DNA of 64,000 nt from Williopsis jadinii (taxonomy: Eukaryota): assembly GCA_024346625.1 (NCBI GenBank), contig AP024665.1:1426001-1490000 (forward strand). The letters run 5' to 3'. Below, in pieces: positions 55,837 to 64,000 of the stretch (the stretch's first letter is position 1; each line of letters opens with the position of its first letter). The notes beneath the pieces are model-generated. The model was not told the origin of the DNA and did no database searches. It saw only the letters and a list, made by a program, of their open reading frames with translations. Made by a program: the position numbers and the translations under genes.

Positions 55837-57156
55837 CTAGTCGTCAATCAACCCTTCAAACAGTCGGCCGTAACACGGTGATCTATAATCGTTGAAGTGT
55901 AAATATGGATCCTCCTTGAACAGGTCTAATCCACACAGGAAGCAGAAGTTCTGTTTACACAGTTTACACTGCATCTTGTTACACCCGTCAGTCTTTGTCA
56001 CTGCGATTCCACATCTAGGACATTGTACCATGTCATCGCTTGCTTGTACCAATAGTGTCATTTCCCTTTTATCTAAAACATCCTGTATGGCTAACTTCAC
56101 AGACCTTGCACCATATATGGTATTTAGCCTGTTTAGTTGAGATTCAGGTTGGCCATCGTCCACGAAATTCTCAACCAAATCTACTGGAACAATGTTCAAG
56201 GGTTTACCACAACTGTTAATAGTTCCATGCCAACTATGCTTGCAGTCGAAACAGTATGCAAGTTTACAACTGGCGCATCTCATCAGTTGATCTTCAACAT
56301 CGTCGTGGAATGACCATGATAGACATCTTGGGCATTGGGATGAATTCAACGGGTACATCGCATGATACCTTTCAAACAGTGTTATCAGTCTCTTTTTATG
56401 GTACTCTTCATATTCGCTTGGTGACATGACATTCAGGAGATCGTCTCTGGACAAAGTCTCCTTAAACATGATCCTTTTCACTTCATGAATCGTTAAAGAG
56501 GTATGATCTTTTAGAACCTCTGTAGGACAGTTGGGGCATTGCAGCCTTGTTAAATCATGATCCAGCGCTCTTTGCACAAGTTCACCCAAACAATGCTTGC
56601 ATAGCGAATGGTCACAGTGCAGTAGCACACCTTTTGAGCCCTCAACTTGGTCAAGACATATACAACACTGGAACTCGGAATGGACAAACTGGTGGATTCT
56701 GGCCCGTTCGTGCATCAGCGCAATCTCTCTAAACCATCCAAAGTCGTCTGTCCGTATATCTCCAAATATCGAGTCGTGGAACGTGGCAACGAGGTCCATC
56801 GCCAAAAACTCACACAGAGTGTAAAGCACGTAATCGTCATCGGCGTTGTCGATGATTCGATCTATCGTCTCGCCAATATCGCGTAGCACGTCTTCAGAGA
56901 GCCACGAACGCTTCAGCGTATACTTTGTCTTGTCTATCGGCAGAGAGAACCTCACCTCCAACGGCTCCACCGACTTGATCCTTATAGAATCAACAACCCT
57001 GCCTCCGGCGTTCGACGACAAGAGCGATACCGTTATCGGCCTATCAAGCGGCAATTGCACTTGGAAAACGCCCATCGTCTGCTCCTCATCAACGCTCAAC
57101 TCCGGGTATATCGACTGCAGCGCATCCAGCTGCTCCTTTAGCTCTTCAGCGTTCAT
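55837..57156 (-). CDS. ITT1: RWD + RING-IBR-RING (RBR) E3 ligase, RNF14-like
   Basis: N-terminal ALQSIYP, RING1, IBR, RING2 CPRC...KTDGCNKMQC...FCFLC, PYLHF...CYGRLFEG; next to ERV41 as in S. cerevisiae. Confidence 0.87.
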   Translation of the reverse strand: MNAEELKEQLDALQSIYPELSVDEEQTMGVFQVQLPLDRPITVSLLSSNAGGRVVDSIRIKSVEPLEVRFSLPIDKTKYTLKRSWLSEDVLRDIGETIDRIIDNADDDYVLYTLCEFLAMDLVATFHDSIFGDIRTDDFGWFREIALMHERARIHQFVHSEFQCCICLDQVEGSKGVLLHCDHSLCKHCLGELVQRALDHDLTRLQCPNCPTEVLKDHTSLTIHEVKRIMFKETLSRDDLLNVMSPSEYEEYHKKRLITLFERYHAMYPLNSSQCPRCLSWSFHDDVEDQLMRCASCKLAYCFDCKHSWHGTINSCGKPLNIVPVDLVENFVDDGQPESQLNRLNTIYGARSVKLAIQDVLDKREMTLLVQASDDMVQCPRCGIAVTKTDGCNKMQCKLCKQNFCFLCGLDLFKEDPYLHFNDYRSPCYGRLFEGLIDD

Positions 57157-57437
57157 TTGGAAACCTCTCTACCGTGTCCCCTGTCCATGTTAGCCCCATC
57201 AACCTGGCCTTTAGTACTGTTGATGTTGATGGTGCTGTTGCCGTGGTTGTGGTTGTTGTTTTGTTGTCCGGGCACTCCCTCGCGTTTGTCTCTTCGTGTC
57301 CGAGAACCCCAAATATGTCCACATCGCCAAACTTTCTCGAGGAGGACACCGGGACAAATCAGACAAATCAGATAAACAGTACCATCACCACCATCGCCAC
57401 CATCGCCACCGTCACTTCTAACATGAACGGAGAGAGA

Positions 57438-58523
57438 ATGGCGTCGCTGCGGACCTTTGATGCCTTTCGTAAGCATCGTCAACGGGCTCTAGAGACAAAC
57501 TGACTACTAACATGTGCGCGCACCTCGTTTCCCGCTCTAGCTAAGGTTGATTCGCATCATCTCGTTAGATCCCAAAGAGGGTCATACTCGACACTTATGA
57601 CCTTCTTGCTGTTGCTGTTCCTGACCTGGGTGGAGATCGGCTCGTTCTTCGGTGGTGAGGTTGATCACCAGTTCCACGTGGATAACACTGTGTCGAGGAA
57701 TATGACCATCAACCTCGATATTCTCGTGGCCATGCCCTGTAACTTCATCCAGACCAATGTTAGGGACTTGACCTACGATAGGTTCCTCGCAGCGGAGAAG
57801 CTTCAGTACGAGGGGATGTCGTTCTTCTTGCCACACGGCTATCAGGTCAACAGTGAGAGACACATCGTCACGCCGGAGTTGGATGAGATCATGGCGGAAG
57901 GCATCAGGGCGGAGTTTCTGAGACGGGAGTCCACAGGCCATAACCTTGGCTCGCCAGCGTGTCATATCTTTGGCTCCATTCCAGTGAATAGAGTCGCTGG
58001 TGACTTCCACATCACTGCCAAGGGGTTCGGGTACAGAGATAGAACCCAGGTCCAAGTGGAGAGCTTGAACTTCACACACGTCATCAGTGAGTTCTCATTT
58101 GGAGACTTCTACCCGTATATCGACAACCCATTGGACGCCACCGCTAAGACCACCGAGGAGAACTTGAAGAGCTATACCTACTTCCTCACCGTGGTTCCTA
58201 CAGTTTACAAGAAGTTGGGTGTTGCTGTGAATACAAACCAGTACTCTGTGAGCGTACAAGAGAAGACGTATACTGTTGAGAACAGAGGCCCTCCGGGGAT
58301 CTTCTTCAAATACGATTTTGAGCCTCTATTGCTCGTTGTTGAGGACCAGCGTATGTCATTCACAACTTTCCTCGTGAGACTGGCAACAATCTATGGTGGA
58401 ATCATCGTATGTGCACAGTGGATGAACAAGTTTGTCGAAAAGATGTTGCTTGTATTCTTTGGAAAGAGATACGCATCGAGAGGTTTAGAGAAGAGTGCCT
58501 CTCTACTGGATGATGATCTTTAG
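57438..58523 (+). CDS. ERV41: ER-derived vesicle protein Erv41; intron 57469-57540
   Basis: MASLRTFDAF-C|GTAAGC...TACTAAC...TAG|CT gives DAFPKV. ACHIFGSIPVNRVAGDFHIT, NFTHVISEFSFG, PGIFFKYDFEP. An alternative in-frame ATG lies at 57423. Confidence 0.93.
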
Positions 58524-58535
58524 AGTACACGTATA

Positions 58536-59327
58536 TTAAAATGGTTTGGCACATTTTCTCTGTTCTAATTCACCTGTAGATGGACAAACCATCGTCTGCC
58601 AATCAATTGCATACATCATACCACCGGTGCCGTTGTGGGCTTTGGCAAATACAACACCTAGGTCGTTTCTGGCAGTGGTCAAGTAGTAATTGGCACCGTC
58701 ACCAAGGGAAATCACCTGTGCGCGTACTATATCATTAGGTCTGAAGCTCTCGATGATCTTAACACGATCTCTCTCCGTGGAGCGAACATCCTGTGATCTG
58801 ATCACACCTTTGAACGTCTCTCCAAGATCAGATGAGCCAAGGTGTATGGAGAAGGTACCGCCACCAGAACCCCCACACGCAGCAACTTCGCCATCGCCGT
58901 TGGAACCGATGCCTGAATCGCTCAGCACATTGCCGGACCCTTCAATCGCCAGAATCTCAACGTATGCTTGCTTCAGGGAAAGTCTTGTGATGCGTGCAAG
59001 TACAACGTCCCCTTCCTTTGGAGAATGGTTTGTGAATTTGATCTTATCAAGTTTGTTCTGATTTGGCGGTACCACAGATACCGTCACCACTCGTTGCTTA
59101 TCCTCCTTGCCGTCTTTATCACTGTCCACCACCGTGCTCTCAACTTCCACTCTGCCAACAAGCGTTGCAGTGATGACCTTCTGTACAGTACCACCAACCC
59201 TAACCTCTTGCACCACAGCACCATCACCAGGCTGGAAGCGGGATATCTGTTTCGTCGATGGATCCAGCTGGTGCAGCGGTGTCAACGGCTGGCCTGGAAC
59301 AGCAACCTCGGGTATTTCAACAGTCAT
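58536..59327 (-). CDS. CSL4: Exosome cap subunit
   Basis: PKEGDVVLARITR, FKGVIRSQDVRSTERD, FRPNDIVRAQVISLGDG, EQRKCAKP. Confidence 0.95.
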   Translation of the reverse strand: MTVEIPEVAVPGQPLTPLHQLDPSTKQISRFQPGDGAVVQEVRVGGTVQKVITATLVGRVEVESTVVDSDKDGKEDKQRVVTVSVVPPNQNKLDKIKFTNHSPKEGDVVLARITRLSLKQAYVEILAIEGSGNVLSDSGIGSNGDGEVAACGGSGGGTFSIHLGSSDLGETFKGVIRSQDVRSTERDRVKIIESFRPNDIVRAQVISLGDGANYYLTTARNDLGVVFAKAHNGTGGMMYAIDWQTMVCPSTGELEQRKCAKPF

Positions 59328-59373
59328 TCTCTTTCCTTGTGGTATACGGAGCTCTCGGTTCGCAATGAAGGCT

Positions 59374-59423
59374 GCGATGAGAAGCCGTAGGCGGTGATGA
59401 TGAGAAGCGCTGCGAAATTTTCA
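59374..59423. promoter_or_regulatory. PAC + RRPE elements upstream of CSL4
   Basis: GCGATGAG at 59374 and gaaattttca at 59414, as expected for a ribosome-biogenesis regulon gene. Confidence 0.7.
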
Positions 59424-59537
59424 CTGCTGCCCGAACCAGATACTACATCAACACTTTCCAAAGCTGTTAAATTAATGCCTTTAGTCTGATACTATCTCGG
59501 TATATTTGGCTTGATAGAGCGTTATAACGTTGTCGCT

Positions 59538-59834
59538 ATGGTTGATTTCCCTGCATATGTTGATGGTGAGCCCCCTGTGATTTCGCTTCAGCAGTTCGAT
59601 ACTGCGGAGTGGGCGAAGAACGCAGCTGTTGATTCTACAGAGCATGGGTACTTTGCCGTGGAGATGAACAACGCTGAACATGTCATTTGTAAGTTTGACG
59701 ATGAGAGTGCAAAGGCCCTGGATGAAATCTTCCATAGCGCAAAGCAGCAGTTCATTCAGGAGAGTGTCATTCCGGACTTGCAGGCAAAGGCTGATTCGAA
59801 GGCAACTAAGGAACGTTCAGATGAAAAGGACTAA
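59538..59834 (+). CDS. Small acidic hypothetical protein (98 aa)
   Basis: ATG at 59538 (MVDFPAYVDGEPPVISL...); protein-like composition; fills the CSL4-FAA2 gap. Confidence 0.65.
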   Translation: MVDFPAYVDGEPPVISLQQFDTAEWAKNAAVDSTEHGYFAVEMNNAEHVICKFDDESAKALDEIFHSAKQQFIQESVIPDLQAKADSKATKERSDEKD

Positions 59835-59934
59835 TCAGCTAATGGATCAGGGATAAAAGGTGTATCGACATTTTTTACATAATCATAATAATAATAAGAA
59901 TAACAATAGTAACGGGCTCCCCATCTGTTACGGC

Positions 59935-61941
59935 TCACAACTTTTGTTTAACAACCAACGAACCCTCGGTGTACAACTTCTCCAATATCGGTGCAAACTT
60001 CTTCTTTGCGTTTTCTCTCTTGATCTTCATGGTTGGTGTAAGCACCTCATCCTCCAACCTCAGAGGTTCTAAATCAACGTGGATGTTATGAATCTTTTCA
60101 AATCCTTGTAAATCCGCACCTGAGACGTGGTGGTTCAACTGTTTAATCAACATGGCTTTGTACTTAGGATCTTGTAATAGCCCGAGCACTTCATCCTGTG
60201 AAATTGCCACGCCAAAGTCCTGCTTAAACATCTCTTGGACGTACTCTAACGAGATACCTGCGACTCCAACAAGGTAATTCTGTAGGGAATCACCATGCAC
60301 AAACAACTGTGTCAACAGAGGAGAGTGTGCCAAATAAATGTTTTCAATACGTTCGGGAGTAACGAATTCACCTTGCTGCAACTTGAAGAAGTTCTTGACA
60401 CGATCAATAATATAAACACGTCTTTCAGAGTCCATAGAGACGATGTCACCAGTATGGAACCAGCCATCCTTATCAAAAGAGTCGGCAGTGGCTTTCGGGT
60501 TTTTGAAATATTCTGAAAACACTTGTGGTCCTTTAACCATCAGTTCACCACGCATTGGAGTCTCATTTGTATGGTATCCCATCTCTGGAACATCTCTCAG
60601 TCTAATCTGAACAGATGCACTTGGATGACCACATGAGTTTGTAATAACATCTTCGAATGCATCACCAAAGAAGAATCCTGCAAATGTTTCTGTACTTCCG
60701 TAACAAACGGAGAACCCAATATCCAAAGTCTGCTTCAAATATTTGATAGTTTCCACCCCCAACGGTGCAGACCCAGAAATGAGATACCTACAGTGATCCA
60801 AACCAAATGTCTTGCGCACCACGTGTGGTGGTGTTCCCTTCTTAACTTTGGCCTTTAACAAGGCATCCAGCTTGTTATACACTCTTGGAACAGAGGCCAA
60901 ATAATGTGGTTTGATCGACTTTAAATCGTCAAAGAACATTGCTGGGTTTGTTGAAGATGGGAATCCCAATCTGAAACCTGACATGAGTGCATAGTTCGAG
61001 ATCTCACGTTCGTAGATATGTGCCAACGGTAAGTGGCACAAGGCTGTCACTTGGACGCCATGTTGATCAACGTTTTCGCCAAACTGACGGCGTTTAGCAC
61101 CCTTTGGAAGTTCAAATGGCGACTCCAGTCCCATAGCACATGAAATGATACCACATGCAGCCATTTCATGAGGAATCAACACTCCCTTTGGGTTACCAGT
61201 GGTGCCGGATGTGAAAGAGATTGTGTAAATGGTGTCAGTTGTCGGTGGGTTGAAATCCTTTGGCAATGGGTGTCTTTCACCGATCTTCTCCACTGCACGG
61301 AAATCAACAAGTGAAACACCAAGAGACTGTGCTCTGACGAACAGATCATGATCGTCGTGGTCAAAGTCATCCAATGAAACCAATATGTTCAACAGAGGCA
61401 ATTCTGGTTTAATCTCCAGAATCTTTGGAATCTGGTCCTTGGTCAGAAAGATGATTGGGGACTCCGTGACCGACAAGATGTACTGAGAAGACTGTTGGCC
61501 CAGTGTAGGGTACAATGCAGTGTTTGTCAACGAGAAGTCTCTAGTTGCCAAATCCACAAGCATCCATTCGTATCTGTTTGGACTGAGGATACCAACGACA
61601 AACTCAGGCTTCCCAGCAATTGACAACAGCTCTCTGTACTTTGGGTGATGTGTAACCAAGTGGATGATACCACAGGAGATGTTGTGTTTCTTGTGGTCAA
61701 CTTCTGCGTAGCTATCGTATGTAAAGAATGTGTCCAGCTGTTGCTTTCTGGTATTATGGAACTTTCTCACGCCCATACAGTCGAAATTGGCAAAATTGGC
61801 AACGGCGTTATTCCACATCTTTGACAGCGTATCCATGGATGGATCAAGGACAACAGGTGGATCATTGGTGAAGATTTCAGAGTAACCTTCCACTCTGGAG
61901 CCTGGAACTGGCTGCGGGTTAACTGGCTGGTTGAAGTTCAT
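59935..61941 (-). CDS. FAA2: Peroxisomal medium/long-chain acyl-CoA synthetase (FAA2-like)
   Basis: ISFTSGTTGNPKG, LPLAHIYER, YGSTE, GWFHTGD, IIDRVKNFFKLQQGE, TPTMKIKR; PTS1-like -QKL end. May be one of several paralogues. Confidence 0.82.
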   Translation of the reverse strand: MNFNQPVNPQPVPGSRVEGYSEIFTNDPPVVLDPSMDTLSKMWNNAVANFANFDCMGVRKFHNTRKQQLDTFFTYDSYAEVDHKKHNISCGIIHLVTHHPKYRELLSIAGKPEFVVGILSPNRYEWMLVDLATRDFSLTNTALYPTLGQQSSQYILSVTESPIIFLTKDQIPKILEIKPELPLLNILVSLDDFDHDDHDLFVRAQSLGVSLVDFRAVEKIGERHPLPKDFNPPTTDTIYTISFTSGTTGNPKGVLIPHEMAACGIISCAMGLESPFELPKGAKRRQFGENVDQHGVQVTALCHLPLAHIYEREISNYALMSGFRLGFPSSTNPAMFFDDLKSIKPHYLASVPRVYNKLDALLKAKVKKGTPPHVVRKTFGLDHCRYLISGSAPLGVETIKYLKQTLDIGFSVCYGSTETFAGFFFGDAFEDVITNSCGHPSASVQIRLRDVPEMGYHTNETPMRGELMVKGPQVFSEYFKNPKATADSFDKDGWFHTGDIVSMDSERRVYIIDRVKNFFKLQQGEFVTPERIENIYLAHSPLLTQLFVHGDSLQNYLVGVAGISLEYVQEMFKQDFGVAISQDEVLGLLQDPKYKAMLIKQLNHHVSGADLQGFEKIHNIHVDLEPLRLEDEVLTPTMKIKRENAKKKFAPILEKLYTEGSLVVKQKL

Positions 61942-63161
61942 CGTGGATATAGAACTGCTATATCACACAACTCCACGAAGAAGGGAAGTTGAGACGGAGA
62001 GTTCCACACCCTTTTATAGCCCAATCCCGTCTCCACTGAGCATGATTGATCTCCTCCTCCTTGAGAGATAAAAAAAGAAACAATCCCCCAGTATCCATCT
62101 TCTTCTCTCCGCTCCATCAACATAGAAGCCAACAACAGAAGCGTGGAAGCGAAACTGAGAACCCAAACACACCCGGCCAAATGCACCCTGCAAACGAGCA
62201 CAAGCAAAGGAGCCAACATAATAACAACCTTAAACCCCCATCATAGTCACTCGCAATTTCTCCTCCACAGCAATATGGAAGAATGAGCACAACGCACCAG
62301 ACTACCCTAACGTTATTATCCCAATTGGGAAATTAACGAGTGGAATCAGCTCCTGCTGGCTGAATTCTTACCCCACACAGAGAGAGAAAGAGAGATTTCT
62401 CCGCGCTGTGGAGCGCCCTGTTGTCCCGCTTTGGTGGTGTTTGGGTGTTTTGGGGCGTTTGGGGCAGTGTGGACTTGGAGCTCATTGTACCGACGGTAAA
62501 ACTAGTGTGTTGGTTCAGGAGTTGTGGGCGTTAAGTGTGCTGGTAGGGACGGGTCCCGACTGTTTAGCGAGCCGACGTTCTGGACGTCCCCCATGGTGTT
62601 GTGATGTGTCGTAGTTTGGTTGTTTACAGAGGGAGCTTTTATGCCAGTAGACGTCCCACCACTGTTGGCGGACAATGCGGCGTGCTTTTCTGTTCAGAGC
62701 GGATCAGCGTGGACGGTGGCTTCTGGATGTGCCTCTACGTCTGTCCCTGTGTGCCCTTCTCTGTCCCTGTGTGTCTCCACCTCCCTCTCGGAGCCCATGT
62801 ATAGTGAGACTGGGAGTCAACCAGGCCATCACCGTTCATTTCAAACACCCACAAGCACCTCCCACACCTCCCACACCACCAATCTTCCCTCATCGGTCGG
62901 TCACCAGACTCCTACTAAGCTAAAAACCTGCCAGTGGAACCCTCAGCGGCTCGAATCCTCCATCGTACTGCGCTGTCCTCTCCTGTTCCGCCATGTCTTC
63001 TTCCAACTAAATTTGTTTGTTTACCTTCAACGGTTCAATTCCCTCTCCTCCCATCTCGCGGGAAAATTCCGGTTGGAAAACCATTGACACAAAAACCACA
63101 CACAAAACTCCCGCCCGCTGGCTCCACACAGCGGCCGAGACATAAACATCAACACCACGCG

Positions 63162-64000
63162 ATGCCGCCAAAGCGCCTGGTTTCTGTCCTCTCACAGGCG
63201 TACGAGGCGACCATAAACTATTCCGATGGTAAGAAGGAGGTTGGTGAAGGCTCCAGTAGAAGGTTAAGCGCTGCACGGTTGACGGCGTCGTTGCTAGCAC
63301 TTGGGTTGGATAAGTTGGACAGCGGCGGTGAAAGCACTGATGATTCCGATGGATACTGGTTGGATGACTGGGAGGCGGAGGAGGGTGGCGAGCTCCCCAG
63401 AGATGATGATGGTGGTGACGATGACGATCGCGCGCTTGACGATATCGACAACGATGAGGATCAACGTGAAGTGCTCTCCAGACAGGATCGGAGACGCCAA
63501 AAGCATTTCACGGATATAATCCTCTCCAAAGTGATCGAGCGTGGGTTGCCTAAGGACGTGCCGAGTAAGAATGATCTAACACAGAGGCTTGGAGACCCAA
63601 TAAGACAGCATACAGACTCGTTGTCGATGACTAAACTGGTTAAGAATATACGCAAGCTAACAGAGAGGTTGGGCGGATTGTTCCAGCTACAGTACTCTAC
63701 GATCAGAATATTCCACTGGACATATCCTTCAAGGTCTCTACTAGCGATTACCATCTACACACTCGTTGTGTTACATCCAAACGTGATTTTCATACTGCCG
63801 TTGTGCTATGTGCTGTTTGGAATAATGATCCCTGGCTATCTATACAGACATCCATTGCACAGGAACAATCTTCACAAGTTGAGCGAGAGAGGTGATTCGC
63901 TCTTCAACAAATTCGCCAGCGTTAATGATGATAAACAGCTTTCAAGAATACTGGACGATTCTGATGAAGAACAGGAAGTACCTGAGTTGAAAGAGAACAA
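63162..64000 (+). CDS. PEX28: Pex24/Pex28/Pex29-family peroxin, N-terminal part (runs off the right edge)
   Basis: Hand translation from the ATG at 63162: MPPKRLVSVLSQAY...HFTDIILSKVIERGLP...NIRKLTERLGGLFQLQY...FHWTYPSR...LPLCYVLFGIMIPGYLYRHP. Not in the ORF track. Confidence 0.8.
   Translation, partial: MPPKRLVSVLSQAYEATINYSDGKKEVGEGSSRRLSAARLTASLLALGLDKLDSGGESTDDSDGYWLDDWEAEEGGELPRDDDGGDDDDRALDDIDNDEDQREVLSRQDRRRQKHFTDIILSKVIERGLPKDVPSKNDLTQRLGDPIRQHTDSLSMTKLVKNIRKLTERLGGLFQLQYSTIRIFHWTYPSRSLLAITIYTLVVLHPNVIFILPLCYVLFGIMIPGYLYRHPLHRNNLHKLSERGDSLFNKFASVNDDKQLSRILDDSDEEQEVPELKEN

Noticed and set aside
1..64000. CUG-Ser/Ala alternative code; transposon or LTR
   Set aside because: CTG falls at conserved Leu positions (e.g. 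IleRS HLGH and KLLIW). No gag/pol/transposase ORF or terminal repeat pair was seen.

Overview
A 64-kb stretch of a gene-dense budding-yeast (Saccharomycotina) chromosome. CUG reads as Leu, and short introns have GTGAGT/GTAAGT donors and (T/G)ACTAAC-type branch points. Gene content and repeat style suggest a Cyberlindnera/Phaffomycetaceae-like species, but that is inference. It holds about 33 protein-coding genes, mostly housekeeping orthologues in recognisable S. cerevisiae synteny blocks: IRC20-RCK2; EGD1-ISM1-MRX11; CAF20/RIM20/MOD5; DML1/EFR3/CEF1/SCJ1; PRP40-ARC19; ITT1-ERV41. It also holds a Rieske choline-monooxygenase-like gene, several orphans and one tRNA-Gln(CUG). Two genes cut by the window edges (SPO14, a PEX28-like gene) and six introns are missing from the ORF track. 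No transposon, CRISPR array or clearly novel multi-gene system was found. Best leads: (1) an ARC19 intron whose branch point is ~160 nt from the acceptor and is bridged by a long hairpin; (2) a tRNA-His-like relic with intact Pol III A/B boxes between EGD1 and ISM1; (3) an unassigned, apparently structured ~520-nt element between SPO14 and IRC20; (4) 8-bp-period telomere/Rap1-like arrays in divergent promoters; (5) a frameshifting deletion of roughly 40 codons in mitochondrial IleRS, possibly an assembly artefact. All family assignments come from recalled motifs, not database searches.
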